A stretch of 56,981 bases of DNA, counting the filler, from Dimargaris cristalligena (taxonomy: Eukaryota): the NCBI GenBank assembly GCA_003614675.1. It is 6 parts of 6 records of this genome, joined end to end, with 100 filler letters (N's around TTAATTAATTAA, not from the genome) between each part and the next. Parts side by side here need not be neighbours in the genome. Positions count along the whole stretch, not along the records: positions 9,581 to 19,038 come from ML003261.1; positions 19,139 to 28,544 come from ML003262.1; 4 more parts are not named here. The stretch is one strand, 5' to 3'. Each line of letters opens with the position of its first letter. The stretch's first letter is position 1. Both the position numbers and the translations under genes were made by a program. Below are positions 10,984 through 23,768 of the stretch, piece by piece. The notes beneath the pieces are model-generated. The model was given only the letters and a program-made list of their open reading frames with translations. It ran no database searches and had not been told where the DNA came from.

Positions 10984-12970
10984 ATGAAAGCCGTCATAAC
11001 CTTGCTCGCGGTGGCTACTCTGGCCAACGCCTTGCCAACAACGATGCTGCAGCCGCCCCCACGCGACTGGGATGCACATTCATATTCAAGCAGCGAATTA
11101 TCCGATACAGATACGCTTGTCATTGACCCCGAACTCAAATTGCCTAGCGAGCAGTATTCAAATTTGGGGAAGCCGTACCACAATGTTAATTACCGAGGCC
11201 AAGCCAAACTGGGTAGGAATACCAGTCCTCTGGCCATTGACACTTCTACGGATCAGTGGAACGATAAAGACGGTAGCGACGCCGAATCGGTGTATTATAG
11301 TCCTCAAAGTTCTCCTACTAAGGAAAATATGAACCTGTGGGGTGGCAGCGATGAGTGGGCAGCTTTCAAAGCAAACGCCGACCAGACACTTACGGTACCG
11401 ATGAACACAAGCCCTGGCCAGACACTTCCGGAACCAATGGGCGCAAACAATGGTCCGAATTTTCTGGAACTAATGGACGCAGACACTGACCGGGCACTTA
11501 CGGAACCGATGGACATCAACACTGACCAGACACTTGCGGTACCGATAAACATGAACATGGCTCCATCGGTGCAAGAGGTAACTGTAGTATTATTATAATT
11601 TTCTGTGACCCACCATTAATTTCAGGGACCTATGTTGCCGGACTGCAGAAATTATATCATTGCACCCATAATTTCCCCCTATACATCTACTACTATTTGT
11701 AAGGATTGGATCTTAGACGCCCCCTCATTAATGGATTTTCCCATGCATCATTATTATATTGCCTTGTCTACTATTCTAATAGCCGGACACATCATACTTG
11801 GTTAATGAGAATGCGTCCTCGATTAACCTGCCGAGAATCGAAGAGAGCGGCGTGCCATTATTCTCGGCCTATTTCGGCCCCGTTGTCAAGGCGTATTTCG
11901 CACTCGCCAAAGACGATAAGGTTAATGGGCATAAAGTCACGCAGGTACTGTCCACTTACGAATCCATTTACAGTTCCTTCTCTGACTCCAAGGCCACCGA
12001 ATCCAAGGTGAAACAAGATACTGACTTTTCCCTGCTGAAGCCATCCACCTGGTCGTTACCGTGGTCAAAGTCTGATCAATCCTCCTACTCCTCCTCATCC
12101 ACTTCGTCCACATTTCTTAGCGGATCCACCCAACCAGGGACAACCAACACTGCTCTTGGCATCGCCTACGTGCCCGTCCAACAGCTTGTTAAAGAAGCGG
12201 ATATCCTGAAGGGTTATTTGTGGATGACCTTGAGAAATGGGGAACAACTCACTGGCGATGCCTGGAAAATTATCCAAAAGACGGAAGATATCATGCTTGA
12301 TCGCAAAATGGGGTTTTCAATGTTTAAAGCCCTCCCTGGCAATTGGCAGGTCGACGCGGCTCACTTCTGGCCCAATGACAGTGACGAGGTCACGGCCAAA
12401 GCCGAGAATGCTTTTTTGTATGGCACCGTATTCCCCTATGCCATTCTCAGCCTGCTGAGCCAACCGCAGAAGAAAGACATCAACGCTATTCTCACCATTC
12501 TTCTGGGCAATTCCAAGCTAAAGGACCTCTGGGAGATCAGTCGCGCCGATTCCGTTACTCCCTCCGAAGATCAGAATAACGAGATAGCCCCATTCGTCAT
12601 GGCTACCTTTGCTGATCTGGTGGTGGCCCAGGCCGTTTTTCTGTCCCACTTTGTATACCCCACACAGGCCGGGGCCGGGGACAAGGACGGCAAAGAGTAT
12701 CCGGCTTGCAGGGATGGCGGGTTTAACGTTCGCATTCGCCAATGCAAGGATTTAGCCAGGCTGTATAATGCCCTGCCTGCCACCGAATACAATGCCGATC
12801 TTTATGAATGCTTTAATGACTTTCATATCAACCCCCGCTCGTTCTTTATTGAGAAAGGACAAGTGCATATCGGGTTATCTAAGGAGGACTACCCCCAAGG
12901 CAGCGGTTTCCCCACAGACGAACCATACAATGGATCCGACGAGGACCGCCGATATATCCCTGTTCTTTAA
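10984..12970 (+). CDS. Secreted hypothetical protein (exons 10984-11577 and 11783-12970, ~593 aa)
   Basis: Clear signal peptide MKAVITLLAVATLANA|LP; a phase-0 intron GAG|gtaact...ctaatag|CCG joins the two long ORFs; internal repeats DQTLTVPMNT/GQTLPEPMGA/DRALTEPMDI/DQTLAVPINM; TATA-like tataaata near 10710. Confidence 0.8.
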
Positions 12971-13439
12971 AGCATTCACCTCGTATGTCCTACTCATATT
13001 CTTCCTGAACAGTAGTTTACCTCTCCCATTCGAATTTTTATAGCATACTGCCTAGCGACCAGAGCGAGGCCTTTGTCGTAATATGCCGATTTATGACCAT
13101 CCCGATTTCGTATATATTGTATCTAACTATGCGGGTTCTCAACATTTTTATTTATTTAAATAGCCAAATCTTTAGCTGAATAAATTACTAAGTATTTTGA
13201 CGTAAATGTCAGATGAGTACGTATTATTTTTTTTAAAAAAATATCCGCGACTTGGACAACAAAGGCCGAGGGTTTGTATTGGTTTTCACAGCACGGCAAT
13301 TAGGAGAGAGCGTGCTTACTACTATAGACATGCCGGGAGTTGAATAAAGGGGGGGGGGATGCTAGAGAACGCACCTTGAAATCGTATAAGGACATAGCTT
13401 CAACTAAGTGGATCTTGTCAAAAGCATAGGAACTCTACT

Positions 13440-14901
13440 CTACTTTTCCACGACCAGTTCAATGTCGGCAAAGGTACTAACCGTGTCCGCATTGGAGATT
13501 TTGGGAGACCGGATGGGACGTTTGGACTTTTCCCGAGCCCGTTCCCGTTTCCGAAAGGCCTTCTGACCGGCCTGTTTCTGCAACTCCAGGTTCCGTTGCC
13601 GCACAATCGTTCGGCGTAACCGAATCCCGCAACCCATGAGTAAAACCAAAAACACGCCTCCGAAAACACTGCCGATGATAATTTGCGTATGTACTGTTAT
13701 TGGGGTTCCTTCCACGGCTTGGCCATCCACCATTAATTGGGCACGAAAGTAAAATCGGCGCACCAGATCGGGATTATCCATTGGATGGTCGCCGGTCGAA
13801 TCCACGGGTTCCAACGAAGGAGTGGTATCACCGGGGGTACTGACGCTGTCGCCGGGGGTATGATGGTCATCAGCGCCATTAGAGGTGAGTGTGTCGGGTT
13901 CAGGCATCGAATCAACTCCCGTTGTTTCGGTGCTGGGCGGAGAATTAGAATCGACAGGGGAGGTCGACGCGTTCCCGGCATCCCGCCGGGCCAGGTTGGA
14001 ACTACCGGTGGCCGTATCGGTGGGGTGGTCTTGCAGATCCGGGTACATGTTTACCACGTCGGACCATAGTAAGCTACTGTTACCGATGTCGGCCTGCATT
14101 TTAGTGAGGTCCACACCCGCATCGTATTCAATAGTCATACAGGGTACGTTGATACTGGTTCCAAGCTCGGTACATAGTGAATCGTTGTCCAACTGGTAGA
14201 GAATGAAGAAGCTGACGGCATTCAAGAATTTAACTGGGGGGACTACGGATGCGGTGTTTAAAATGGTCTCGTGAATGACCACATAATTCTCTCCAAGGGA
14301 AAGGTCCTGCTCCAAAAGCTCGGCTAAAGTAAGTAAAACTCCCTAGTGGATTGTTAATATAAGCGCATTAAAGAGGCAATATACCCATCGTTTTTTTTTA
14401 AATAATAATAATATTAAGAATAATATGCAAACAGTGGATTTAGGTTCAAGCAAGTAATGAATAGCGGGGATTAGTAGAGTCCTTGGGGATATTGTGTTGT
14501 GAAAATATGGGGGCGGTACTATAGTTGGTTAGTACCTGGGCCTGTTCCACCAGGCATTCGCAGGTGGGCATATAATGATAAGCGATAACCGGTGCCTCCT
14601 ACAGTTATCGTTATCTGAGTACATGCCAACAGGCCATTTCAATATTAGCGGTAAAAGTATAGATAGATTATATATTTTTGTTACGTACCCCTTGAGCTAT
14701 ACGTCGGTCATTTTTGGCTCTGAATTTGTAAGAGTTGATGTTTAAATAGTTTGCCGATGAATCATTGTAGGCGATGCCTTTAAAGCCAGGGACCAGCATG
14801 ACTACATCACCAACAAATGTAATTACATTAGAGTCTGCCGCCGTGCTATGGGACACCACGCAGAGTCCGGCAAGCAAATTGAAAAGGCTAAAAAATCGCA
14901 T
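13440..14901 (-). CDS. Type I membrane protein of unknown function (exon 14901-14689, possible short middle exon ~14598-14536, exon 14342-13440)
   Basis: Signal peptide MRFFSLFNLLAGLCVVSHSTA; phase-0 donor GGG|gtacgt and acceptor cactag|GGA; S/T/D/P-rich stalk; TM helix IIIGSVFGGVFLVLLMGCGI followed by a basic cytoplasmic tail. Confidence 0.72.
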
Positions 14902-16256
14902 ATTAAAAAGTATAGAGTGTATATAAATAGTAGGTTCACTGGGGAAAAATATGAAGTCAAGTGCCGATACCAAGCGTAGACGCAACTATTGTGTATTAAG
15001 AGGCTAGTCGATGATAAAAAAAAATAGCGCCTTGTGGGGGGCGTTTCGGTTAATATGAGTTAATTAAAATTGTACATGAAGCGATAGTTTAATATAGAAA
15101 GGGGTTCATTGGCGGCAGTGAATCGGCGGGACACATTAAAGGGAGATATAGGTCAAGGCATGCGTGGGCTTTTCAGCCTAAATCGAAAGGTGGGAAAGTG
15201 GGCCTGGCAGAAAAGCTATTCATATATATAGCTCTGTGCTGTGTGGGTATTCTCCAATTCGCTAGAGTGATTGGTAGCTGTAGTGGATCGATAATCTACG
15301 GCGAGCGATCGTACGATCGCCATTATAAGCAGATGGGTCTACCCCCCGAAAATAGCAGCGATCAATGATTTTATCAAAGGAAAGGCGGTGTCAGGATTCT
15401 ATAGATTATCCTATAAATACACTCTAAGTACATTCCTCCGCAGTTAGATTATCATACACCCTTACTTGCCGTCTCTAATCTAGCTAAACTACCCTAGGCT
15501 GCAGTGGCCGAAATTCATTAATGTGTAATAAGCTTCTTCCAATTGGGCCTGGTACCCGGTCAGCAGAGAGCCCCTTGGGAGTCAGAAGTAGGTCGCTGTG
15601 GGCTTGCAAGGCCAGAGGAGATAAAACTACTTAAGTTTATTATTGAGTACTAACCAATCAGTAATTCTGAGTAAAGGGGGTAAATGAAGGCACTAGTTTC
15701 CCTCCTCACAACGTGTGGGTAATACTAAGGAGATATAAATATATATATATATACTTTAGTGGGGCAATTGGACCGTAAGCCTTTATGGTTTGGCATTAGA
15801 GGTGGCATGCTCCCGCATTTTGGCCATCTACAAAGCTCCAGGTGGGGGCTGCCCTTGGACAATGCATAGTTTCATAATTTAGTAGCACTAACCACATCAG
15901 GTGAAAGATGACCATTGGAAGGAGGAATGAGGGGTTTTCCAAATTGTAGTTGTTGTACTTAGTATACTATTATTCAAGTAAAGCGATTGGGAGGATTACA
16001 CACTGTATTTCAATGAGTTGTATTGCCATTTTCTAGTTGGGCGTCAACTTTCCAAAGCTTCTTATAGTTGCCTTCTTTGGTGTCCAATGACTTTTCTACT
16101 CATAATATATATCCGCCACATATCTAACCCATATTAATTGCCTGTAGTACATAGCACTGTTTTTTCTCTATTAACTTACACATATTCATTATTCCAGAAT
16201 GGATATTATGTAGGGCTAATAATAAACTAAGGATAAAAGGAACAGTTGTTGCTGGA

Positions 16257-16840
16257 TATCACCCAGGTTAACTACACTTGGTCCATCAAGAGTCCCAAGG
16301 ATAGGCTTCTAATGGTAGGTGGGGCTTAGACTCAGCCAAGCGGGCTACTAGCATTAGGATGGGGGCATAGTACTAACCAATAAAGGACAGATGCAGGTAA
16401 ATGCCAGGGACATGCAGCAGGCACACTTACTAGTTAGTATAAGGGGGGATAAGTATATATAGAGTTTATTGGGGTAAACTGGGGGATATGAATAAGCTAA
16501 GGAATTGAACTAGTCCCAGTGGGGCCTGGTTATATATATGCAGGGATAGCTCTAGAAGGAGGTCCTAAGGGAAATACTACTGTGACTGTAGTGTGGATAA
16601 GTAAAGAATCTGACCAGACAGCTTCACATCGGGAAGACTCTCATGGGAACTGGAAGAGTCTTGGATCAGTGAGCTGAGTATTTGGAGTGCAAAGCATTGG
16701 GGTCAAATGAGCAGGGTTATATAATAAGGGATGACCCCATAGTGCCGGGGGTGACTATGGGAGGGTCAATATAGCACTATAAGGTGAGAATAGGAAGGTG
16801 ATTATTAGGTCTAGATCAAGTCGGATTAGGAGGGCTGACA
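16257..16840. mobile_element. Solo LTR (584 bp) of an LTR retrotransposon
   Basis: Termini TATCACC (TG>TA)...GCTGACA; perfect 5-bp TSD CTGGA at 16252-16256 and 16841-16845; long similarity to 38844-39388. Confidence 0.88.
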
Positions 16841-19038
16841 CTGGATGAGCGTAATTTGCCTATTAATTTTAGTGACTTGCTATTGCGAAAAATGATATTC
16901 ACAGCACACCAAGTAGTCAATGTTAGTTTATTATTAAATTTCACGTTTAGGAACCAGATGGCGATAAATAATTACACTACTATCGAAAATGGTCAACTTA
17001 TCAGAGCCCCACTAGCGATTCCTGAGCTAAGCCTACAAAATAAATGCCACATTGGCAAGCAAGGGCTGGAGAAAACCCGATTTTACCTTTGGGATTTATG
17101 GAGCACTGAAGTACACTGCTTATCACAGTATTTCTCTACCATAGATTTATTTTAAAGTATCTAGTGGCGGGGTTACCCGGATTTGTCTACCAGTCGCATC
17201 TTTGACTGTATTAGAACATTCCAGTAGTTAGATTTCCCTCCAACAGCCTATACCTATTGGTCCAGGTATAGTTCGGCCCTTGTATAGCCAATACTTATAC
17301 TAGCGAGTGCTGGCCCTTTCATTGGTATATCCCCCTTTTGATTTTCAATAGATGTTCTATTTCAACAGATTTTACAGGGAACTCCATTGCACGGATCAAT
17401 ACTCCTGTCGACAGGTGATGGATCGACCACTTCAATATTAGTGGAAAGAAACGCGGGTGGTTGAACGCCCCGTACAGAGGAATAAGCGATGTCATGCCCA
17501 TTCGACTGTGATACACCCTCTATTAGAATGATCGACGGAAGGCGGTCGATTCCAGGCGGGCTTCACTTATTCAATCGGTAAATGCATTGAATAAGCCATA
17601 AGTAAGAACTATAGACGCGCTATTCAATTGGTAAACTTCTGGGAGCTGTAGGGGAAGTGCTAAAGGCCGTAGCGGGAGATCTAGGGATACAGTGTATGTA
17701 CGAATATCGGTTTGAGGTAAAGAGAAAACAGGTTATAATACAATAACATCGAGGAACCGACAGTCGGGGATAGATTTTTAAGTAGTAGGATTGCGGGTAA
17801 ACATCTTCTGGTGGATTTTAGAAAATAGACTGGACCATTAGGTTCAGCACTAGGATAATACCATCAGATATCCAGGTGGGTCAATGTAGAGACCTCTACG
17901 ATAGCCTTGCCACTCGTAGGTATGCTAGTTAGTTATCTGTGGACATTGAACACCCAAAGCGGCAAACGGCCCTTAGACGATAAATACAAGGGTTTGAAAG
18001 TAACCTGGGCATTCCGTAAATGTTTGAAAGACGTGGAATAGTCTAGATGAGGGCTGTGGGACTGATATCCATAATAAACTTATTTGCTTACCATCCTCGA
18101 CTTCGTTATGTCTTTATACTGTCCCTGTGGTATCAACCTATTTTAAATAAAACCTGGCTACTGCATCTTTTATTTGACCACCTCGTCAATGTTTCCGCTG
18201 TTGTTTGAAATGGGTGAAATTCAAAGCGGCTATATAGGGCTTTCAATGAAACGTTGACGGTACAGTAAAGGGGGAACCTATGCATACCCTGTAAAGCCAG
18301 GTGTTTATAACAGTCTTCTAGCTATACAGCGGAATCTCGTCTCTCGTCCATTCTCCCTGGATTGGGAATTTGAGTGGACTTCACTGAATCTATTCTGCGT
18401 ATGACCCGATCCCTTGGGTGAAAAACTGCATCACGGGGCCGTATGGGACAGGGGGAAAAAATTACCGCCTTTCTGTATTCGATATTCATTGGAGCAACTG
18501 CTCTGGATTAAACTGAATTTCATCGAGATATACGGTGGCTATTACAGGGAATTTGGGATGTAAAGAAGCAAAGTCCCATGCCAATCCACGTGCAAAAATA
18601 TGGTGCTAGTGAGACCTTTGGATGCCACCTCCTACTAATGCCTTTGGTTTTTTCTATTTCCTTGAACTGTAAAAGTAGTAAAGGTACACTGTCCGCTTTT
18701 GCCGGATACTGAATATACACTTAAATTTACATAATTGGGAAATCGAGTAAAGGAGGAGGAGGGGGAGGAATGGATTTCCACTACGAAGAAGTATGGCCCT
18801 AGATTCTGTCTTTAAATTGAGGGAATTCAATGGCCAGTCACCCTTACGAGCGTATGGGCCAGTATATGATTACAAGTGCTAGCCTGTTCACCTAGTCCGC
18901 AGTACCTTTTGCCGTGCCACCCTCCTCGCCTGAGCTATTTTAATATACCATTTGTAATGCCGAGACCCGGTGGACCGGTTAGGTCGGGGATTACGTCATG
19001 GGGGGAAAAAGCCGGGAAAATCGGCGGGAGGTTCGAAC

Positions 19039-19138
19039 NNNNNNNNNNNNNNNNNNNNNNNNNNNNNNNNNNNNNNNNNNNNTTAATTAATTAANNNNNN
19101 NNNNNNNNNNNNNNNNNNNNNNNNNNNNNNNNNNNNNN
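19039..19138. other. Artificial contig-joining spacer
   Basis: N44-TTAATTAATTAA-N44. Confidence 0.98.
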
Positions 19139-20359
19139 TGTCTGCGAGATATACTGACAGGGGTGCTATTTTGTGGTTTCGGGACCTTTACCTTGCTTTG
19201 GCTAATGACCTCCATTCAATAATGCACCCACGGACTTCCCTCTGGTGGCCTCGGATAAGTTACCGACCGGGTGTCCCGCGCCAATGCCAAGACCAGCTGT
19301 CCCAGTTCAGAACCTTACGAAGGTACGGTGGCCAACTTGTGGTGAACCCAGCCAATGTACCGGCCAGTACAACTGTGGCCGCTATTCTTAAGTAGTCCTA
19401 CCATTTAGATGGTCCATGAATTCGGGGTTCGTTTCCAGATATCACTGGCCGGATAGAATGGGAGGGGAATGTACGGAAAGACACCACCAATTCGGGAGTC
19501 CAAAGGAAAAGCCACGGTTACATCGAATAGGCGATGGCAAGGGTAGAAGACAGACACAAGGGTGAATGCGGTCATGTTTCAACTAGGGCTGCATTTTCTA
19601 GCCTATGTTTTCGATGTTTATTTATAGATGGCGATGGCCATATTGAGATATCCGAAGGGCTGGGTTGCGTTTAGCCCTCGGAGGGTGCAAAGTACCCGCT
19701 TCTGGCTGCCTTCTCCCCCCTCCCACTTCGCGTCGACCTTACACTAGTACACTTTCCATACTTGGACAGTATGCCTCCGGTTAAAGTCTCGAAGGAACTG
19801 TACTTTAACGGACCAGTCGAATACGAAAAATGCTAGTTGGATGATAGACTGCCTTGCTTCATTTTCCTTTGAAAGTAGTGGCAGTTCAATATGTAGTAAC
19901 TGGAATGATAAGGGTGTACTTCTGCATAAAACACCGACCAACTACCCATAAAAATACAATGACTGGCCTCATGTCGCCATATCCATTGGGCCCTACTCAA
20001 GGCAAAAGCCATTTATGAAATCATCACTTGCCCTTGGCGTTTAGAATATAAAAGGGTTCGCGATGTTTATACTGAATTAAGTATGCTGATTACAGTATTA
20101 AGGGAAAAACTATATAACATTATTTACTTCGATTCCGGTCTATGGGAACGTCGAGGAGGTGCTGGGTGCTAGTACCATCCATAAATTAGTGCAAAAATGA
20201 TGCGCAAAACGAACGACATGCTTATTACCCGCCAATTAGTACGCATAAACGCCAACCTGTAGCGTATGCAATGTAAACCGCTCCCCCCTCCCTTGTCCGG
20301 GGTGGTCCCCAAAAGGACGAGGTGGATAATATACGGCCGTCATACAAACACGAACCGAT

Positions 20360-22895
20360 TCAATCGTCGTCGTTGTACTGGTCGTACTCATCCAGGTAGG
20401 CATCTGCCCCCGACGGCCGGGGCAATTCATCGTCGAGGTCGGATATTTCGTCCACGTCCGATAATTCGGGCTCGTGGGCCCCTCCAGCCACTGTACCGGT
20501 GATTTCCAGCATCTCTTCCTGGCCATCCACCCCAGTCGGGATGGCAGTGGCGTCCGGCGAGGCGCGTAGGGAAATGGCAGGGGATCCGGTGGTCGGGGTA
20601 GCTCCATTTCGCTGCGGCAGACCAGTGGCGGGGGCGAACTGCGCAGCGGCGATGATTTCGGGTTTCCGATCGGCATTTTCGGCAAACAGATTCTCCAATA
20701 CCGAGTAGTTGATCTTCTTGGACAGTTTTTTGGACGACAGGAGACGCTGGGTAGCTTCCATAGCCGACGACGCCGGGCCGGTCCCCCAACCCCCACCCCC
20801 CGGGCCACCGCCACCCCTTCCCCCCATGCCGTCCGGCCCTTTCTTAGTCCGTCGTTTCCGGGCCCCAGGCAGTCGCGCCCGGTTAGCCGCTAGGGTTGCG
20901 CGAATGGCCTGCTCTTTGAGATAATCGGCGTTGTTATCCATCCACACGGCCGTTTTCTCCTCCACTTCAGGAGCGGTTAATAGCGTTCCCCGAATTTCGT
21001 CGTCGTCGAAATTGTCCCATTTACTCACGTCCTCGTCAAACTTGGCATCGGCCTGGGTCCCCCTAAACTGTTTGGCCAGGGTGGTCATGCGTTCGTTGGT
21101 GACGAACTGGTTGATTTCCGCCAGGAGGGCCCGGTCGCGCTCGTTCATTTTAAGGGGGTTTTGGCGCATGGCCCAGTTGAATCCGAAGGGGTCTTCTTCG
21201 CCGTCGCCGTCGGCATCGTCACCAGACCCGGCCTTACCCCCTCCTCCTCCTTCCAGCCCTTTGGCCCCCGGGTTCAGACCCGATTCCGATTCCGCGTTGG
21301 GGTCAAAAAGGCGGGTCGATTTGACGCCCCCCCGCCCGTCCTCGGTCTCCACGGTGATGGTCAATTTCATTTCCGCCGTTTCGGAGTCGCGCGCCTTACG
21401 TTTACGGCCCCGTTCGAATGCGGGGGGGTTACACGTTTCCTCGAGCCACACATTGCGGAAGTCAGTGAGGCTCAGTTCGCTGGAGGGCGTGTTTTTGAAT
21501 TCGCGTAACCGGTGTTGAATAGTACCCGCTCCGACCTTGGCGACCTGGATAATTTCGCTGTAGGTCCGGTGGAAATTGTGCATGCGGGCTGCAATGAGCA
21601 AACAGGCGCCGCAAATCCCCGCCGGCCGCCGACCCGTTTGGATCCAATCGCGATTCATGCGCTGGACGAGGCGCATGGCGTCGTCGATGACCCGATTGGT
21701 TTTGTTGCCAAATTCCAACAGCATGGCAAACCGCGCAATGTACATGGACGGGTCGACCATGGGGATGATCAAATTAAGCGCCTGGACGAGCTTGGCAAAG
21801 GTTACGCCGAGGAGGAACACGTTGGTCTGGAGAATGTCGCTGAAATCCATGAGCATGTGGCTGGAGCGCTCCTGGCGGCAGACAATGTAGATACAGGCGG
21901 CACAGAGGTTCTGGGTTGGCCGCCCCTTGTTGAAGTTAATGTTGACGGCAAGGGTGTAGTAGCGGTGGGCGGCTTCCTTGAACCGCTCCGAAAGCCGCAG
22001 GGCGGCTCCGATGCTGCCGATGCAACGCCGACCTGATGGATAATGAATCGAAAGGCGAATTTAGAAAGAGGGAAGAGAGGGAGAAGAGTCAGTGGTTTAA
22101 TACAATGAATGGACCGCACAGGTTTAGGATCGGCAGTTGGCCCGAAAGTGGATTCGTACGAAATTTAACTATATAGCCCATCTACTTACCGTTGGAGAGG
22201 GTTTTTTCCCGACTTTGGCCACTGTGCCGTTTACCGTAATGCCCGGAGAGATTGAGTCGACCTGGAGGATATCAATAATACCGGGTTGGAGCTTTAGTCT
22301 ATGGAATTTTGATGGAGGGGGCGATCAACGGCTCGGCTCACAGCAGTATGATATCCACATGGTACTGCTGATGGATGATATAGCCTATGATCATTGCTGA
22401 TGTGACTTAAATCACCTGATTGACAGGGTGGGTCGGCTAATTACCTGATTCAGTTGATACGAGCGAACCCTGCAAAATAGCGGCACCAGTGGAGGACTCG
22501 CCAAAGGTAATTTCCGATACAATGGTGTTCTCTTCGGTCACCTATACCCCCCGGTAGGAATAATAGAAAAGGCATTACATGGACAGATATATATATGAAT
22601 ATAATAATTGAGGTGAGCCAGGCTGTGGGGGTGAATAACAACTCACCTATCATACTCGGCGGGCGTTGGAACAGTGTGAATTGAGGCTCGGACGGTCCCA
22701 GGTGGGGGGGGGGAGCATGTCACATTTGCCGTTGGGGTTGGAGTTAAGGTTGGGGCTGAAATGAAGGGGGCTCTGGGTGTACAGAGGAACTGCGCAAAAG
22801 GGAATTAGACTTACCACACCACATTCGCGGCAAACGGCGTTACCGGCGGCCGAGTCATACTCGATACTACTACTACCACAAGATTGGCACTTCAT
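20360..22895 (-). CDS. BRF1: RNA polymerase III transcription factor TFIIIB subunit Brf1 (exons 22895-22815, 22541-22445, 22261-22190, 22032-20360)
   Basis: N-terminal Zn ribbon CQSCG...CRECG, EENTIVSEITFGE, SREKTLSNG, cyclin-fold repeats (GRRPAGICGACLLIAAR), C-terminal SKKLSKKINYSVL box. All introns GT-AG and in frame. Confidence 0.95.
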
Positions 22896-23768
22896 GGGTG
22901 TCGAGAGTTGTGTGTTCTAAATTGGGGTGGGGTTGGTGGTGTACAGAGAGAGAAACCCGGAGGAGTGGGGGGGTTCTAAGGAGGCGAGCCCAGCAATAGA
23001 TAGAGAGGGGCGGTTAAGGGTCTTGGGAGTAGAGTACAGTGCAGTATGGCGGGGGGGTATACAGCTGCACCAGGGCAGAGTATGTTGTTAAAGAAATGTA
23101 GAGAGAGATAAGGACAAAAGGTGGGGACTACCGCAAGAAAGGGATCGGGAATGCGAATGTGAAGACGAATACGAATACGAAAAAAAATAACAGCGAAGTT
23201 TCAAAGGAATTAGCAGGGTAAAATGGGGCAATGGGGTACAGAAGTTAAACCATACCAGTAGTATATACATTTGATATTTTTTTACCTGCTAATACTTGGA
23301 TAATAAGATAGGGTAGTGTGACTAAAAGGGGAAGCGCAAGTGAGGGGAGCGCGGGCCATTGGGGTAATTCGACAAGGGCAACTATGTAGCAATTCCTCTT
23401 CCCTGCTTCTGCCTCTCCTTCTTTCTCTCTCTGAATCGAACTCGGGGCCGTGGAGAGGAATAACACCACTACACCACCATATTAATTACTCCTTCTCCCC
23501 TCAGGTTACACCCCTTTCGGCTTCGATTCTTCGACTTTCAATTGGCCCGTTGCAATTTGAAACATTTTTCTCCAAGGTGAAGCCCCCCCACGCTTCTCGC
23601 GTCTTAAACTACATTGCCTAAACACGTAAAATCATCCCTACCAATTGATTTGTATTAGTAAACAATACCCACACAGCTTTATGCTAATAATGTACACGTT
23701 CTAGGGTGAAAAAATAATCATAACAAAACAAGGATGGACCGCCCCCCCCACACTGTATGGCTCGCGAA

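Noticed and set aside
17566-17595. Hairpin cttattcaat...attgaataag
   Set aside because: A single 10-bp AT-rich stem, compatible with chance; no supporting context.
19020-19038. B-box-like ggttcgaac at the contig end
   Set aside because: No upstream A-box or tRNA fold; truncated and too short to call.
19139-19395. ORF open from the contig start (SARYTDRGAILWFRDLY...AILK)
   Set aside because: Could be the tail of a truncated gene, but it is short with no recognisable similarity.
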